From: Podarcis bocagei
Taxonomy: Eukaryota
DNA length: 64,000 bases
Reading direction: 5' to 3' (one strand)
Assembly (NCBI GenBank): GCA_964188305.1
Contig: OZ076886.1
Shown: positions 41,625 through 55,720 of the stretch, piece by piece
How the letters are laid out: the number at the start of each line of letters is the position of its first letter
Position numbering within the stretch: position 1 is the stretch's first letter
Translations under genes and position numbers: made by a program
The notes under the pieces: model-generated
Seen by the model: the letters and a program-made list of their open reading frames with translations, nothing else
Told to the model about the DNA's origin: nothing
The model's database searches: none

Positions 41625-43585
41625 CTGCAAAGGAAAAGGGAACAATTTATGATTGACATTTTGGTGCACATATTTTGCTAATAAGGTACGCAGAGACAGA
41701 AAACCTGAGAGGAGGGAGAGTAAAGGTGACAAGAAGATATCAGGAATAGCTAGAACCTTAATATTAGCCAAACACAAATTCTCACCTCTGTAACATCCAT
41801 CCACAACCCCCCTAATTTTTAAATCAAATCACCCAGACAAGGTGAGTGTAGGCATATGTATATATGCAGTCCTTCAGGCACCCTCGATTTAAACTATGGA
41901 AGACTTATAAGGTTAAAACATGCCCTGAATTGAGCCTGAAAGTGGTGTTAACTTAAACAAAGGTCATACAAGGTACTAACCGAACAAGGTTTGACCTATA
42001 TGCTGCCAAGCCTCGTTATTTTATACTACCGCTGACAAAAGGGCTCTCTGCATAAGTCTACAGTAGAGAGACAAGAATGTCACCACTTCAACATGCCTAC
42101 CATACATCCCCCCTTCCTTTGGAGCTACCAGCCTTTTGGGTACAAGTAAGCAAATTTGGAATTTTGAGCAAGTGCCATGGGCACCAGTCACACAAAGTGG
42201 CTGCTGTAGGGCTAAAGCATAACACAGAATAGTTATGACATTTTTTAAAAAGACAGGAGCACAAAATAGTCACACCACCAATGGGAAATACCTATATTAG
42301 CTGCAACTTTATTTGCTCGGAGAGCAGCTCATTGCACCTCTCCTCTGTTAAGAATAGATGGGAGTGTGGATGTCCAGTCCTGGCATCTAATAAAATATGG
42401 GCATGTTTCAGAGGTGTGTGTTCAGTGTAGGAGAGGGCTGAGCAAGTGTAAACAGGAACTGAGCAAGAACAGAAAACAGTTTCTTGTGCATTGTGGATTT
42501 CTGAAGGCGTATTTACTGTGACCTCACAAAGGCACCATAGGAGGTACAGCCTGTGACTGCCGAAATGGCCGGAAAACCTCATATGCAAGCAAAGCAAAGA
42601 CAAATAACTATTTGAACAACTATACAACCTAGCCTCCTCTGGAAAGAGCTCTTTCAGCAAGTATTGTTGAAGTTTGGTATTGAGGTGCCAACCAGCTATA
42701 GAACTATCGAGTCTCATTTCACCATACATTTTTTCTTTCAGGGACTGCTCATACAATGTATATGTTTTTGACATAACCAGCTGGTGAAAGATTTGAAATG
42801 AAAACTCGTAATTTTAAAATATTGCCTTAAAGGTGATGTGTCGTGTCAGATACAAGCCCTATCCACTTAAAAAGATTAATGTTTAAACTTATATTTGTAG
42901 AAGAAATGTTAGCATATTGAAAAGCACACAGAGATATAAACTAACGTAGTACCCTTCGGGAATCATTCAACAATAAGCAGAAATAAATGCAGCTGTTACA
43001 CATCACTTTGACATTCATGGAACACAAAAATATGGTTATGTTATAGCAGCAGATAATTTATAGGGCTGCCTATGTCTGCGCAGAGCAAAGGATGGAGACT
43101 TAAGCATTATTTTCTTTAAAGAAAATTTATAAAGGCTGCTAGAATGCTTCTGCCTCATTTCTGCCACCAACAGCAGACTGCAAGCTGAGCCAGAAGCAGA
43201 ATATGAAGCAAGAGAAGAGCACAGTTTGGACTGGGCTTCTGGGGTAACTTAGAAAATAGGAATAATGAAAAACAAAGTAAAAGGCTGGAGATACTTTGGA
43301 ATAACTAGTAGACAGTGCTACACAACATATGATGAGCTTTTCCACCAATTTCCCTAGGGGTCAGAAGATTAATTCATTCTTCACTAGCCACAAAAATCTT
43401 GGGCAAAGGGAGACTTACTATTACAATTTGTATTCTAATTCACCATCAATGCATGGGCAGTAACTTCCACTTTTCCCTCTTTATTAGCATTGCTTTTCAT
43501 TATTTATTTATTTATTTATTTATTTGAGGGAGAGGACAGTGTTTAATATTAAGCCTTGTAAAGACAAAAACCCAAGTGTTTAGAC

Positions 43586-43720
43586 CAGGCATCCCCAACC
43601 TTCAGCCCCCAGATGTTTTGGACTACAATTCCCATCATCCCTGACCACTGGTCCCGTTAGCTAGGGATCATAGGAGTTGTAGGCCAAAACATCTGGAAGG
43701 CTGCAGGTTGGGGATGCCTG
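43586..43720. mobile_element. hAT MITE
   Basis: TIR CAGGCATCCCCAACCT...AGGTTGGGGATGCCTG; 8-bp TSD GTTTAGAC. Confidence 0.92.
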
Positions 43721-46419
43721 GTTTAGACCAACACTGCTTTGTCAGTTATAACTTTAAAGAGCTTTGAGTTGACATAAGTAAGACTTGGGGACTAGGACAC
43801 TCCTCACCACAATGAGCAGCTACAATTGCTTTTGTGTTGATACAGCAGAAAAGGAGATGCTGGCCTTTCAATACTTAAAAACCCACAAGGAAGTATGCTT
43901 CTAGGAGAACGATATCAGAAAAGCTTTGTGGGGGGAAATTTAAATGAGAATTTACCTGACAGGATTTACCTGTTAAAGTTCATCATAAGCTATTTCCTTC
44001 TTTTTAATTATTTATAGTTTCTACATTTCTGTTTCTTGAACAAAGAAAGACTGTGCACCTCGTGTGTCTGTAACAGGGTAATAAAAAGGACAGCCTTTCA
44101 TAACGAGTCATTTTTCATTTTAATCTGCAGTGCTATAGAACTCAGGTAAAGTAAAGTCCAACTGAATATCTCCATAAGTGAAGCGCAAGCTCCTTCATGG
44201 GAGGAAGCAAGTGTTTGCTGCCAGCTCCACATGGCTGGTAGGCAGCAAGCAAGCTGGGCCATAAGGCGAGTAGGAAAACCACCCCTGCCACTTCTCTCAC
44301 CCACAAACTTCCTTCCAAACCAACCAGAATGCAACAGTGCAGGCCCTTCTAGTTCCAGCAATTATTTTGCATCACTCTGCCATTCCCATCTCCCGCATCA
44401 TACAGGGTCACCAACACAGCACCCACAGGTAAAATGAATGAAGACCTTTGTGAGTGCCTGTGAAGCCACAGGCACCAGGTTGGTGATCCTCACACTAGGT
44501 GATCTTGGGCCAGTCACTACCTCTCAGCCTAACCTGGGATCTTCTGAATAAATACTATTGCTATACATCCCCCACCTTCCTAGTACTGTACTCTGTCATT
44601 AAACCAATACAGAGACGTATGTGTGTGTGAGAATACTGGACAGCTTGAAAAATAACTATTAATAACAATGCCAATGAAACTAGGTTAATCATGACCCCAG
44701 CTTGGCAATATAGTTTACAGGAAACTCATTCAACATTAAACTGTTTTTGTAAGAGTTAACAGACTCTAAATACAGCATGCCCAAAGCAGATATACACAAA
44801 CGCCAGAAAAGTAATGCCAATGTTTATACAAGGGCAGCTATTACTTTTAAACCTAGTTATAAAACTTTCAGAAACACTTGTCTGAACACAACTCGTTTTG
44901 AAAAATGAAGTTAGTTTATAAAGAGAACTCTGGAGTTAATTCATGTTCATAATGTAGCCAAAGTGTATTACCGGACATGCACGCAAGATCAGTTAAGAAA
45001 TTTTGTACCCTGACTAAGTTTATTAAGAGTTACTTATTTTTACAAGCTTCTTTAACTTAGATTTCATGCATTAATGTTTAATAGAACAGTTAAGTCCAGA
45101 AGCATCTAGCAAGGCAGCACAGGTAGTAATGCACTGTTAAGCCATCTTCCCAATGCCAGGTATCATTGCCAGTTATTGAGAGGGGGGAGACAAGGCACTG
45201 GAGAGCTCAGCATGGCAGGATTGCCTCTGCTGTTGCACCTGTACACCACTAAACTCTCCACTGCCCTTCCCCTCTAAGTAACCAGCAGCAATGAAGTACT
45301 GGGAAGTCAGGTGAGCAGCACAGCCCCACCCACACTGCCACACCAGCCACTACAGGTTAACTCACTAGCCGTTTTGCAAACAGAACAGCCTTGTGGACAA
45401 CTCTGTATATCTAACAGCTTTACTGTATCATAATTCACTGAAAGAAAAGGTCTAAGTTTAGTATAATCATTTAAATTATCCTATACAGTGTACCTTCGGG
45501 TTGCAAACGTGATCCGTGCGGGATGCACATTTGCAACCTGCAGCAAGCATGAATGACTGAACAAGAACTTATCATCTGTAATTTGGTATCAATTACCACC
45601 CAATCAAATGCATGCTTATTCACAGCTACCGTCGAATTCAATGGGATTTACTCCCAAGTGTGCAAAATATTACAGCCTCCACATAAAAGCAAGTACTTCA
45701 AGCGGTGGTAGAGATGTAGCTCTGCACAGTGTTACGTGCTGCTGCTTTTTGCATTTTAAGAGCATGCATCTAAGGTCAGCACAAGGCAAACATCACATGA
45801 GCTAGGGCTTTATGCTAACCATTTTATGTAAGCAATTTTTAAATCAAGGTACTACCAAATTTATCTTTTAGCATTCTATTCTATCAAAGTTTATTGAAGC
45901 AGAAAAGACAAGAGGATGCAATTCATTTAACCAGCCCCATCCACTGAAGCCTTGCACAAGGACTTTGACTTGTGCAAGGGTACTTTCCCCTCCTACTCCC
46001 CTCAGCATCCCCCCAAAACTGGAAATTTTGTGGGGTGGGGGAGAATCCCAAGAACAGGGGGCAGAAGAGGGAGGTTTCAGCTTGCCACACTTAGAAGAAT
46101 GTCACAGTGAATTCCACCCAGAGGCATTATCTTGAAAAAAGGCAATGAAGCAAAGCAAATGCTTAAAATGCTTCTTTATCCTGAAAAAGGGGCGGGCGAA
46201 GGGATGCTATCCACTAGTTTGTAACCTCTACCTTTGGCTTCAAACCTGATCGGCCAGAAGTTTTCTTCCTTCATGAATTTTTATCTTTAAAGTAAGCAAG
46301 CCTGCTTTTCCTGCATTCCTAGAGAACACTCACTTATCTCCTCATTCTCGTCTGTGTACCTCCAAGATTTCTTCCAGTTATCAAACACTGCGAGAAATCA
46401 TACGCTTATTTGGAATACT

Positions 46420-46800
46420 GTGTACCGTTTCTGGTCACTTCACCTCAAAAAGGATAATTGCAGAGTTGGAAAAGGTTCAGAAAAAAGGCAACCAAAATGA
46501 TCAAGAAAAGCAGTGGAGAAACTCCCCTGTGAAGAAAGATTAGTTTCGAGAAAAAGCAAGAGGGGACAGGGTTGAAGTGTGAAAATGTATGCAGGGTGTG
46601 GAGAAAGTGGTTAGAATTTCCCCCCTCCCACTCAGAAGAACTCATGGACAACCAGTGAAACTGAATGTTGAAGGAGAAAGCACTCCTTCACACACCATAC
46701 AGCTAAACTATGGTTTTTTTCTCCCACAAGAGGCTGTGATGGCCACCAACTTAGATGGCTATAAAATAAGATTAGACAAATTCATAGAGGCTATCAGTGT
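46420..46800 (+). mobile_element. CR1 LINE ORF2 C-terminal/3' fragment
   Basis: GAGTTGGAAAAGGTTCAGAAAAAGGCAACCAAAATGATCAAG (ELEKVQKKATKMIK) and GTGATGGCCACCAACTTAGATGGCT..ATTAGACAAATTCAT. Confidence 0.85.
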
Positions 46801-48199
46801 CTGGGCCAAAGCTCTACAGATGTAGTTGGTTTCCAACTCCCATCACCCCCCTGAACGTGCCCCTGGGGCTGCTGGGAGATGGAGTCCAACAAAACTTGGA
46901 GGGCCATAGCTTCCCAGCCCCTGCTCTAGGATATCCCACACACAGCACGGCACCAAGACCTTGAAAACGAACATTCAACTTGACTGAATTTACTGTTAGA
47001 CACAGTTGATGCAGCAGTTCGAAGAGAATAGCCAGACTCCTGCTCCACTTCCTGCATATGACAAAGACACAATTCATCTGACATTTTCCAGTTCTTCCCT
47101 GCACACTTAAGAAACCCGTCTTGTTCTAATCCGCTGCAACACTATCATTAAATTTTATAAAAGCAGACTTTGTTTACCAACTCTTGGGTCTGTCCAAGTC
47201 CCATGAAGAGCTAAGTGAGGCTTTAGCAGGGCTGGCAGTTTGACAGAAGCACAACTGCAACCCATTCAAAGCGCAAGGAAGATAAAGTAGGAAGAACGGC
47301 AAAATGAAGAAGAAAAAAAGAAAAGATACCCAAACACCGTAGGCCCTTCTGCAAACTTTCAGATAGCTGGAAAGCTAGGAATACAATTAGAACTGAATGG
47401 TTTTGAAGAGCAGGCATATCAATACGGTATGAATCAGGCCAAACTTACAGAAATAAGCAGGAACAAGCAGAACAATTGAGTTAGGCCAGTGAGAGAGTTT
47501 AGCAAACCTCACCTGTATGTTAGTACTACTGAATATTGGAGGAAGAAAACCCCCCACCATTGACAACACATTTTGAACTCCATCCCGATCGAACCTGTAA
47601 GGAAATTTGGGGAGCTGCAAATATGACTTCCTAAATTCTGTGGTGGATTTTCTGGATGTAACTAGATTCCTTTCATAGCGGCCTACACTAGATGAGGATT
47701 CTAGACATTATATATGCCACAAGAAACCTGAGGCCTCCACGCCTACTTCAAAGAGCAGATACTTCCCCTATTACACCAGAGAGCCAATTTTCAGGTGCTT
47801 TGCAGTAGCTCAAGCTGCAACCCCCTCCATTTTCGCAATTTTGATATGCAGATTCAAAATAGGGTACATCCATTTTTTTTGGTAGAAATTTGGTTTTTCT
47901 CATCTTCCCAGTAAATTCTGAGAAAATCTAGTAATCACCAGCACACTGTCCAAATTTAAATTCCCCCCAGGAAGCTAGACACTGTGTGAGATGGAAACCC
48001 CCCCCCCAAAGCTCCTCCACTGCCCCAAACAGAACAAGTGGCCTAAATGACCCTCAACGCAGTGGTACAAATTTTAAAAGCGCAGAAGTTGTCCTCAAGA
48101 CGCAAGGAGCTTAGTTAAGCCTGCCTTTAAAAGAGTAGCACAAATCATCCCTAATGTAATTCAGAAGATTCTTCAAGCTCTCCCCTCAGTGGTTACTCC

Positions 48200-48462
48200 C
48201 GCCTAAGTTGAAGGCTTGGATACCTAGAGAGCAGCGTGACTGCTTCTCTCCGAATTCCTTGTGTCCCTGCATGATCACGGAGGTCTTTGTGGGAGTCACT
48301 TTTAGTGGTCCACCATGGCTCAAATCCATAGTTGGTATACAACAGGAGCTGTACACTTAGTATTACTGGCCCCATTTTATGGAACTCCCTTCCAGTTAAT
48401 GTCAGGCAGCCGCCGCCACCATTCCCCCCTCCCCAAAAAAAACTTCTGGTGCCTACTGAAGA

Positions 48463-48494
<32 letters not shown>

Positions 48495-48620
48495 CAGCAG
48501 GCATTGTAATTGAGGTTTGATTTTATAGTTTTGACCAATTTATATTTTTTGCACTGTATTCCTGCAAACCACTTAAGAGACGACTGTAGTTAAGCAGTAT
48601 ATAAATTGTTTGATATATAA
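48200..48620 (+). mobile_element. Degenerate L2-like 3' end with (ATT)n
   Basis: GGCCCCATTTTATGGAACTCCCTTCC..GTCAGGCAG motif; tail ending AAGCAGTATATAAAT. Confidence 0.55.
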
Positions 48621-49089
48621 ATAAATCATGCACGTGTCCCCAGTCCTGGAGGCAGAGAGCACAGCTTTTCAGTGCTCTGCCTTTCATGTACCAGAAGCAA
48701 CAACTGTAGTTTTAATAATGCCAAGTGTTAAAGCACAACAGCTGCCAAGTGCTCCATTCTCCAGTCCTTTCTTTACTTGGCAGTGAAGTCATGGAACAGA
48801 ATTATCTCCTCAAAGCCTATTGCCTGAAATTTATTCCCATTTCCCATTTGAGAGAGGCCAAAACTTGAGGGCTCCAATTAATGTTAAACATCATGCTAAC
48901 AGTCTTTAATGCATTAATGTCTATTAAGGCAATTTAACCATTCATAAAAGATTCTGCTGACAAACTCCAGGGATAACAATGTGATTAGCGAGAAGTGGAA
49001 GCCCCCAAGGGGCAAATTTTCTGCAAATGGTTTCATTTAGTCTGCAAAGTCTTCCATAAGTAAGTACTAAGCATCTCTTCGAGTGTAGA

Positions 49090-49330
49090 ACGTGGAGTCC
49101 TTCTGCCCCAAGGATCGCCACTGGGACCTGTGCTTTTCAACTTGTTCATAAACTATCTAGAGTTGGGAGTCAGCAGGGAAGTAGCCAAGTTTGTTGATGG
49201 TGGTAAATTGTTCAGGGTGGTTAAAACAAAGCAGTGTTGTGAAGCTTTCCAAAAGGATCTCTCCAAACAGAGAATGCATGGGAAAATGACAAATACAACT
49301 CAATTTTTAAAATGATAAACATCAGGGCGA
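49090..49330 (+). mobile_element. CR1 reverse-transcriptase fragment
   Basis: PQGS..GPVLFNLFINYLELGVSREVAKFVDGGKLFRVVK: degenerate PQG / FADD RT motifs. Confidence 0.88.
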
Positions 49331-49584
49331 AAACCAGTATCTCTAAGTGATACCCACTACTTCCATGTAGTTTTCTTTAACAGGTAAAGTTAAGTTGAGT
49401 CAAAGTTTTATTTCATAACCCTGAAAGGATAGATAAAAAGGCAGAATATTTGAGTACCGGCAATAGGCTTTGAACAGTGGGTTAGCCCAGACTTGCAAAG
49501 GACTTAACATCTAGTACTTCTGCAGCCATTTCCAGGTCAGAGGATTCAGTTGCACAATGGCAATTGGAAAATCCAAGAACTAGA

Positions 49585-49586
<2 letters not shown>

Positions 49587-49642
<56 letters not shown>

Positions 49643-49643
49643 T
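49587..49643. repeat. (CT)n(GT)n compound microsatellite
   Basis: Seen directly. Confidence 0.95.
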
Positions 49644-49737
49644 TTGTATATGTGTGGTGCCCTAAAAAGTCTTCCCCATTTTATTTCAATTATATTAGCT
49701 GCCTACTAACTGAAGTTCTTAAGATGGCAGAGTATAA

Positions 49738-49995
49738 ATATATCAAATAACCACAACCTATGAAGGCCAAGGGAAAAGTGAAACAGGTCAGTTTTACCAA
49801 CAGGAAGGTGAAAATGTAGCATATGGATAGATGGATAGGCAGATACTGAAAATGATTCCCGGCTACGTATTCAACACTTTGAAGTGTGCAGAAACCCTGA
49901 AAATGCTGTAGCATAATCTTCTTGTAGCCATTTTTCACAGCATCCCATGCATGAAACAGAAGCCATGCATCCAACTCCTCAAGTAGCAAGGGAAA
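49738..49995 (-). mobile_element. Fossil DNA-transposon coding fragment (XPG-like, Academ-like), copy 1
   Basis: EELDAWLLFHAWDAVKNGYKKIML...AGNHFQYLPIH...LAFIGC resembles the EEADTR.LLH / GKHFRYIPIH / HAFTGCD motif series, in the correct order. Confidence 0.6.
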
Positions 49996-50392
49996 TATGA
50001 AGTTTGAAAATTTGCACCTTCACAGTAGGGTTCACCCCTCCCTCCGCATAGTCAGTTTCAGAATTAGTTCTCACTAAAAAGCTTGGAGGGGGAGAGATAA
50101 TTCATCTGAGGTTTTAATTAATTTAACCACCATCGAAGAACTTGTCAGACAGTGGTATTTGGGTAATTGAGAACTTAGCAAGGTGTGGTAGGTAGAGTAA
50201 CATTTTACTCTATAGTGCATTATTTGGGTGTTTCTATATTTAACAATATGGCATACAAACTGATTGAAACATCTGTGCAGTAAGCAAAATTTGTGAAATC
50301 CATATTTAGGATGTCTCCAATATGATTCGTAACATTTTTTTAAAATATACTGGTAGCTACCTTAATAACTTTCATTGGTAGCCACAGTATGG

Positions 50393-50700
<308 letters not shown>

Positions 50701-53639
50701 CTACAGGGAGGGGGAAGAAAAGTTGATTAGTCTCTCCCAACCTGCATTAACCTAACCTGTATGTACTACTGTTTAATTTTGTTAACTGATTGTAAAATAA
50801 ATAAAACTCCCCCCCCCCATTATCTTTGGTTTAATTCACGATGCTAAACTGTGTCTAAGAGTGAACAGGAAAGCATGCAGGTGCAGAGTTATAAAATAGT
50901 GGCTACTTCACTCCTACTGCACTGCTGGAAAATAAGCCATGGTTTGGATTAGAATTACACATGAACCCAGCCTCATGGATTGTCTAAACTATGGTTTGTC
51001 CTGCAACCAAGGTTTGCTTTTGGTTTACACCTTGTGGTTGTCAAACCACATGCCTAGCAGGAGCAGAGAGGAGAAAGATGCTTGTTATTTTCTAAATATG
51101 CAGCAACATGCTTGCTCTTTCACATACTGCCATGATTTGGCTTAGTGTGACATGCAAACTGAGCCACTGATTCCTATCCATCCTGTCCTTAACCACACAA
51201 TGCTCAATGCTTTGTTTTTGTTCAGAAACATACACCATGTACTGTTAGCTTACACACATTTCACTCCTGCATAGATACAAACAAGAAAGTGGGGGAGACA
51301 TGTTCCACACTATAGCATTATTGAAATAAAGGTACTTGGTGGGTCTTTTAGAAGACTTCAGCTGCAAAAGATAGTTTACTGCTATAGCTCATGTCAACAT
51401 CAGGGATGGGGGGAACAGCACAAGGTCTGAAGCTGATGTTTATTTGCCCTCCTACTTAAACCAGCAGAGGAAAAAATTCAGATGACATCCAAGCACATAG
51501 AGTGTTGCATTTCGCTGGTACAGAGAAAGATTTTAAGCTCTCCACTTTGCTTACTGGATCTTGGATGGACTGGTGACATCTCACAGGAACCTCCAGAACC
51601 TGCATGAGACCTTCCCAGAGCCTAATAAGCAATGTAGAGGGCTTAAAAGCTCTCTCTGCCTTCCGAGTGGGGCAAGCCCCACTCAGCGCACCAGCTTCAG
51701 AAAGGTAGGGGTGGTCACATGGAGGGGGGGAATTCTGTGGTTGTTCTGACTATAAATGATTTCAGCTTTATGCACAATCCCTCTGAAAATAACTCTGTGC
51801 AAGTTGCAAGCCTACTGTATACTATGATCGCAGTCTGGGCATGCATAATGGAAAAGCTCTAGTCTCAAGACTGATGCATAACTAGATGCCCCATTTGTGG
51901 CAAGTCAGAGTCTTGCTAGATTTTAAGCCAAAGATATTAGACCATCTTAAAACACAGGCCCAAATATCTTTTTTGAAATTCTGCTTCTCAAGTGAAGGAA
52001 CAATATATAATCTGTAGCAGTAACAGCATATAAACCCGTGTCCTATACTCCCCTTCCTCAGTAGTGAACTGTTCTACAACTTTCTTAGGATTTTGGGTTC
52101 TCACTTCAGCTGCCACTTCCTAAGGAGGAACAGAACAGTATTTTCGGCTAGCGGGCTCCTCAATTCCATAAGTACAAGGCTAGTTTAATCTATGCCATAC
52201 TATTAAGTAGCCTAAAAATGGGAACGTTATTTAAAAAAAGCAATAAAAGAGAAGACCATCATGTGCGCTGTTCTACAACTCATGTTAGTGTGAAGATTTA
52301 ACCTAATAGTACTGAACAAGATGAAAAACAGATCAAAGTACACACACATAAAAAAGTGAATGTGTGTCTTGAGGTAGCGTGGGGGGGGGTGAATACTTAT
52401 TTATGCCTCCTTATCAGCAGGTTTTTGAAACTTAATGCTACTACAACACAAGACAGTATTGCTTAGTAATTTGAAATCTACATAAAGCCCACAAAGCATC
52501 CTGAAGGAAAATATGGTACAATCTGTCACAGTTATCATTGGAGTGTGGATATTTGTGGAACCCTGTCAAGAGTACATTCCAGCATTCCTAGCCCCTTTTG
52601 AACAATAAGACCTAAGACTTGTTCTTCAAGAAAAGGAAGCTATTAGTTGCTTGAATTTGGCAGGGTTTTCAATTGCTTATCATGTTAACAGTGGAAAATA
52701 TTATATTCAATTTAATTATAATTTCATTATCACAGAATGCATATGTCCTTTACACTGATCCTAGCAGTTTAGTCCGGTACATCTGTACTTCTGCAAAGTG
52801 AAGAATTCGTAGAGAAATTAGTAGCTAGTGCAATCACAATAGCCAAATAAAGAATTCTGGGTTTTTTTAAATAAAAATAAGTCTCTAGTCATCCTACAGA
52901 AGCTCAAAAGTGGCCTCTGGTCACAAAGAAAAGTTTATGTACCCCACATAATTTCATAATCGCTTCCACCTAAACCCCCTATTGTCTACCACTTTCTCAG
53001 CTCTCTGGGGGCAGCCCTTAAGACAACTCACAATAAATGCTCAAATCAACCACTTGATACAAAACACAGTGAAAAGTAAATTTGCATTGTATTGATTTTC
53101 ATGGTTTATTTTGAAAAGTAGAAGGCAAATTTCCGCCGTACAATATTTCCTGATTCACTGAATACAAATGTAGTGTTGCATTTGGCTACAGCTCCTCTTT
53201 CAAATACCATTTTATAGCTCAAACACAAATCTTCCTTTCCTAATGCAATTTAAATATGAATTTCTTCACTTCAGGTGTTTCTGAAACAGAAGGCTGCATA
53301 GACTGTTTTGCCTAGAATATGTGGCATAATATGACTCAACTCAAAACTGTGATTTAAACATTTCAGGTATTATTAATGTTGACTTCTTTTTCTTGGTGTA
53401 GAAATTAAGATCTAGGCCAGTGCCAATAACATGCCAAACAGTAACTGTTTTGTTGAATTATAGTTATTCACTTTGAACTAGACCTCAAAATAAGTGGTAC
53501 AAATCTCAGATTTGGCATGGAAAGATTCAGATTTTGAAATTGTAAACATTTCCATTAGAAATTTTATACTGAGAGTCCCCTAAAGATCAAAATCAAGTCT
53601 TTCCAATGCTGCTACCCCCTTTTAAAAGAATTTGGGTGT

Positions 53640-53700
53640 GGGGAATTGAAACAAGGATCTTCTACATACAAAGCATGTGCCCTACCATTGAGCTACAGCT
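53640..53700 (-). mobile_element. tRNA-derived SINE head, degenerate
   Basis: Minus strand GCTGTAGCTCAATGGTAGGGCACATGCTTTG...GTTTCAATTCCC (A and B boxes). Confidence 0.6.
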
Positions 53701-54729
53701 TTCCCCTTGAGCTTTTACTACCTTCTCAATATGTGCATTGGATAAATGTAGGATATAACAATGGATAAACCCAGGACCCTAAGGTGGCGTTATCTCTAGA
53801 TAGCTGGGCTTTCCTCTGCACCCACCCCACTTTGTAGTTCTACCTTGCTTTTTCTTCTGTCTTGAGAAAACAGAGTAGAAAGAAATAAATATATTAGTGA
53901 AGGACAGAAGGGAGTCTGAAGCTTCAAGTTTTCTTGTTGTGTCTTGACATATGAACGTATGGAAGGGGAAGGAGCATGAATCAGCTATTTGAGTATGTAG
54001 GATGCAGCAAACTGCTATAGTTTGACTACATTCAGTATTGGAGGGAGGGGAGAAGGAATTTATAAGCTTATGTGAAGTTATTTACTGTTATCCAAAAACC
54101 ATGTAAAGGGTGGAAGGGTGACTTTGGGAGTTATTTAGGTGGGCTGAGAAAATATTGCCACTGTTACTATTTTTTTTTGAAAAATGGGGAAAAGTTGAGT
54201 GGTTTTAAAAGGGGGCATATTTGTATTTAATTTGGTAAAGCCAAACAAGCAGCCACTATAAGATTCTGAAAGATGGGGCACATTGAACTAGAAGTCCACC
54301 AATGCAAATTGACCCAATGTCCACTGTCATACACAATCTGGCAAGGAATATGATAGACGGTCATAGTGGGAGTAAGACTGGGAACGAGGTACCAAGGCAA
54401 AATAGATAAAAAAAATTAAAATGGTGAGACTTTTTAAAAATAGCTAGTGAGGAAGTCATGTGTATTTCTTGGGGGATTGTATTCCATGAGTAAGGGGCTA
54501 CCAGTGAAGATCACTTGTCTTCAATATCATTCAACTATTAACACACAGAGTCTAGTTTATTAAAGCAGTTTCTAGGTTCAGCTATAAAGGGAGACTGTGG
54601 GTTAAGAAACCCTAAAAGTTTTATATGATGGCATGTGAGTGAAAAGAGGAGGAAAAAATATGGGCACAATGCTCCTTTTTTCAGTCAAATAAAACACATG
54701 TTATTTGGCCATTACTGTCATACCTAAGC

Positions 54730-55212
54730 CAGTGTTTCCCAACCTTTTTTGGGCAAAGGCACACTTGTTTGATGAAAAAATTCTCGAGGCACACCACCAT
54801 TACAGCCCCGTGATGTCAGCGCGCAGCGTCACGCCGGGAGGGACGCACGAAAGTGTAAGTTTCAATTTTTTTCCCTCCCCCTTGCCGGGGAACCTCCAAG
54901 CTTTGGGGGTGGGGGGGGAGGAGGCAGCAAAGCGAGGCAGGAAGGAAAGCGCGGCTTGGCTGGGTGAGCTTTGGCAGGGGCAGGGAATGAGAGCCGCGAG
55001 GCGGGCGCTGCGGACGGAGGCGCTGCCGGCCGAGCTCGCAGGCAGCCAGGCAGGCAGACGGCGAGAGCCCCGCGCTGGGCGGCCTCTCCTCGCCGCCGCC
55101 CCGCCTCTCGCCGCCCGACTCGCCCGCCTCCCTCCAGGCAACATCTCGCGGCACACCAGGCAACATCTCGCGGCACACTAGTGTGCCGCGGAACAGTGGT
55201 TGGGAAACACTG
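54730..55212. mobile_element. Young GC-rich hAT non-autonomous element
   Basis: TIR CAGTGTTTCCCAACC...GGTTGGGAAACACTG; perfect 8-bp TSD ACCTAAGC; GGCACAC subterminal repeats. Confidence 0.93.
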
Positions 55213-55519
55213 ACCTAAGCCATGCCTATAAGTCAAAACTAGCACCTTGCATTGTGCACAGGACACAATTACAGATTCAACGTATACTTCGGAGCACAGA
55301 AATAATTTGGTTCTAACAAACCCAGCCCTAGATAATCTACCACATTCTGTGCCTGTGGAAAATTCTATTTTCAGGGGCACGCCCCACACAGAGCACATTA
55401 CAGGTATCTGGTCCTTTGAAGGTGATCTGAATTATCCAACAATAAGAGATGCCAACAATCAAGGGAAATACCTAGCTGAAATCCAGCCAACAAAGCTGAA
55501 TATGCATAGCGATTACTAA

Positions 55520-55720
55520 ACTCGACTGACAAGGAGGATGTAAGCCACATCTAGAACAGGAATCCTAAACTCCCCAAGGCCACAGGACCTGCCAGCTATT
55601 ATCATCACTTCCACCTTGCCAAGATTCAACTTCAGCTGGTTCACCTGTATCCAGCTCCTGACCATGTCCAAACACTGAATAAGCATTCTAAGGACAGGTG
55701 CAGCCCTGGAAGAAAAAGTC
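55520..55720 (-). mobile_element. L2 LINE RT fragment
   Basis: LIQCLDMVRSWIQVNQLKLNLGKVEVMII matches the L2/CR1-clade W..N.LKLN..KTE motif. Confidence 0.8.

Noticed and set aside
53850-54680. Purine-rich stretch resembling a decayed L1/Tx1 LINE (similar impression at 7500-8900)
   Set aside because: Too degenerate to support by eye; needs RepeatMasker/tBLASTn.
54705-55398. Long ORFs on both strands
   Set aside because: They arise from the GC-rich interior of a 483-bp non-autonomous hAT element; no transposase motifs.
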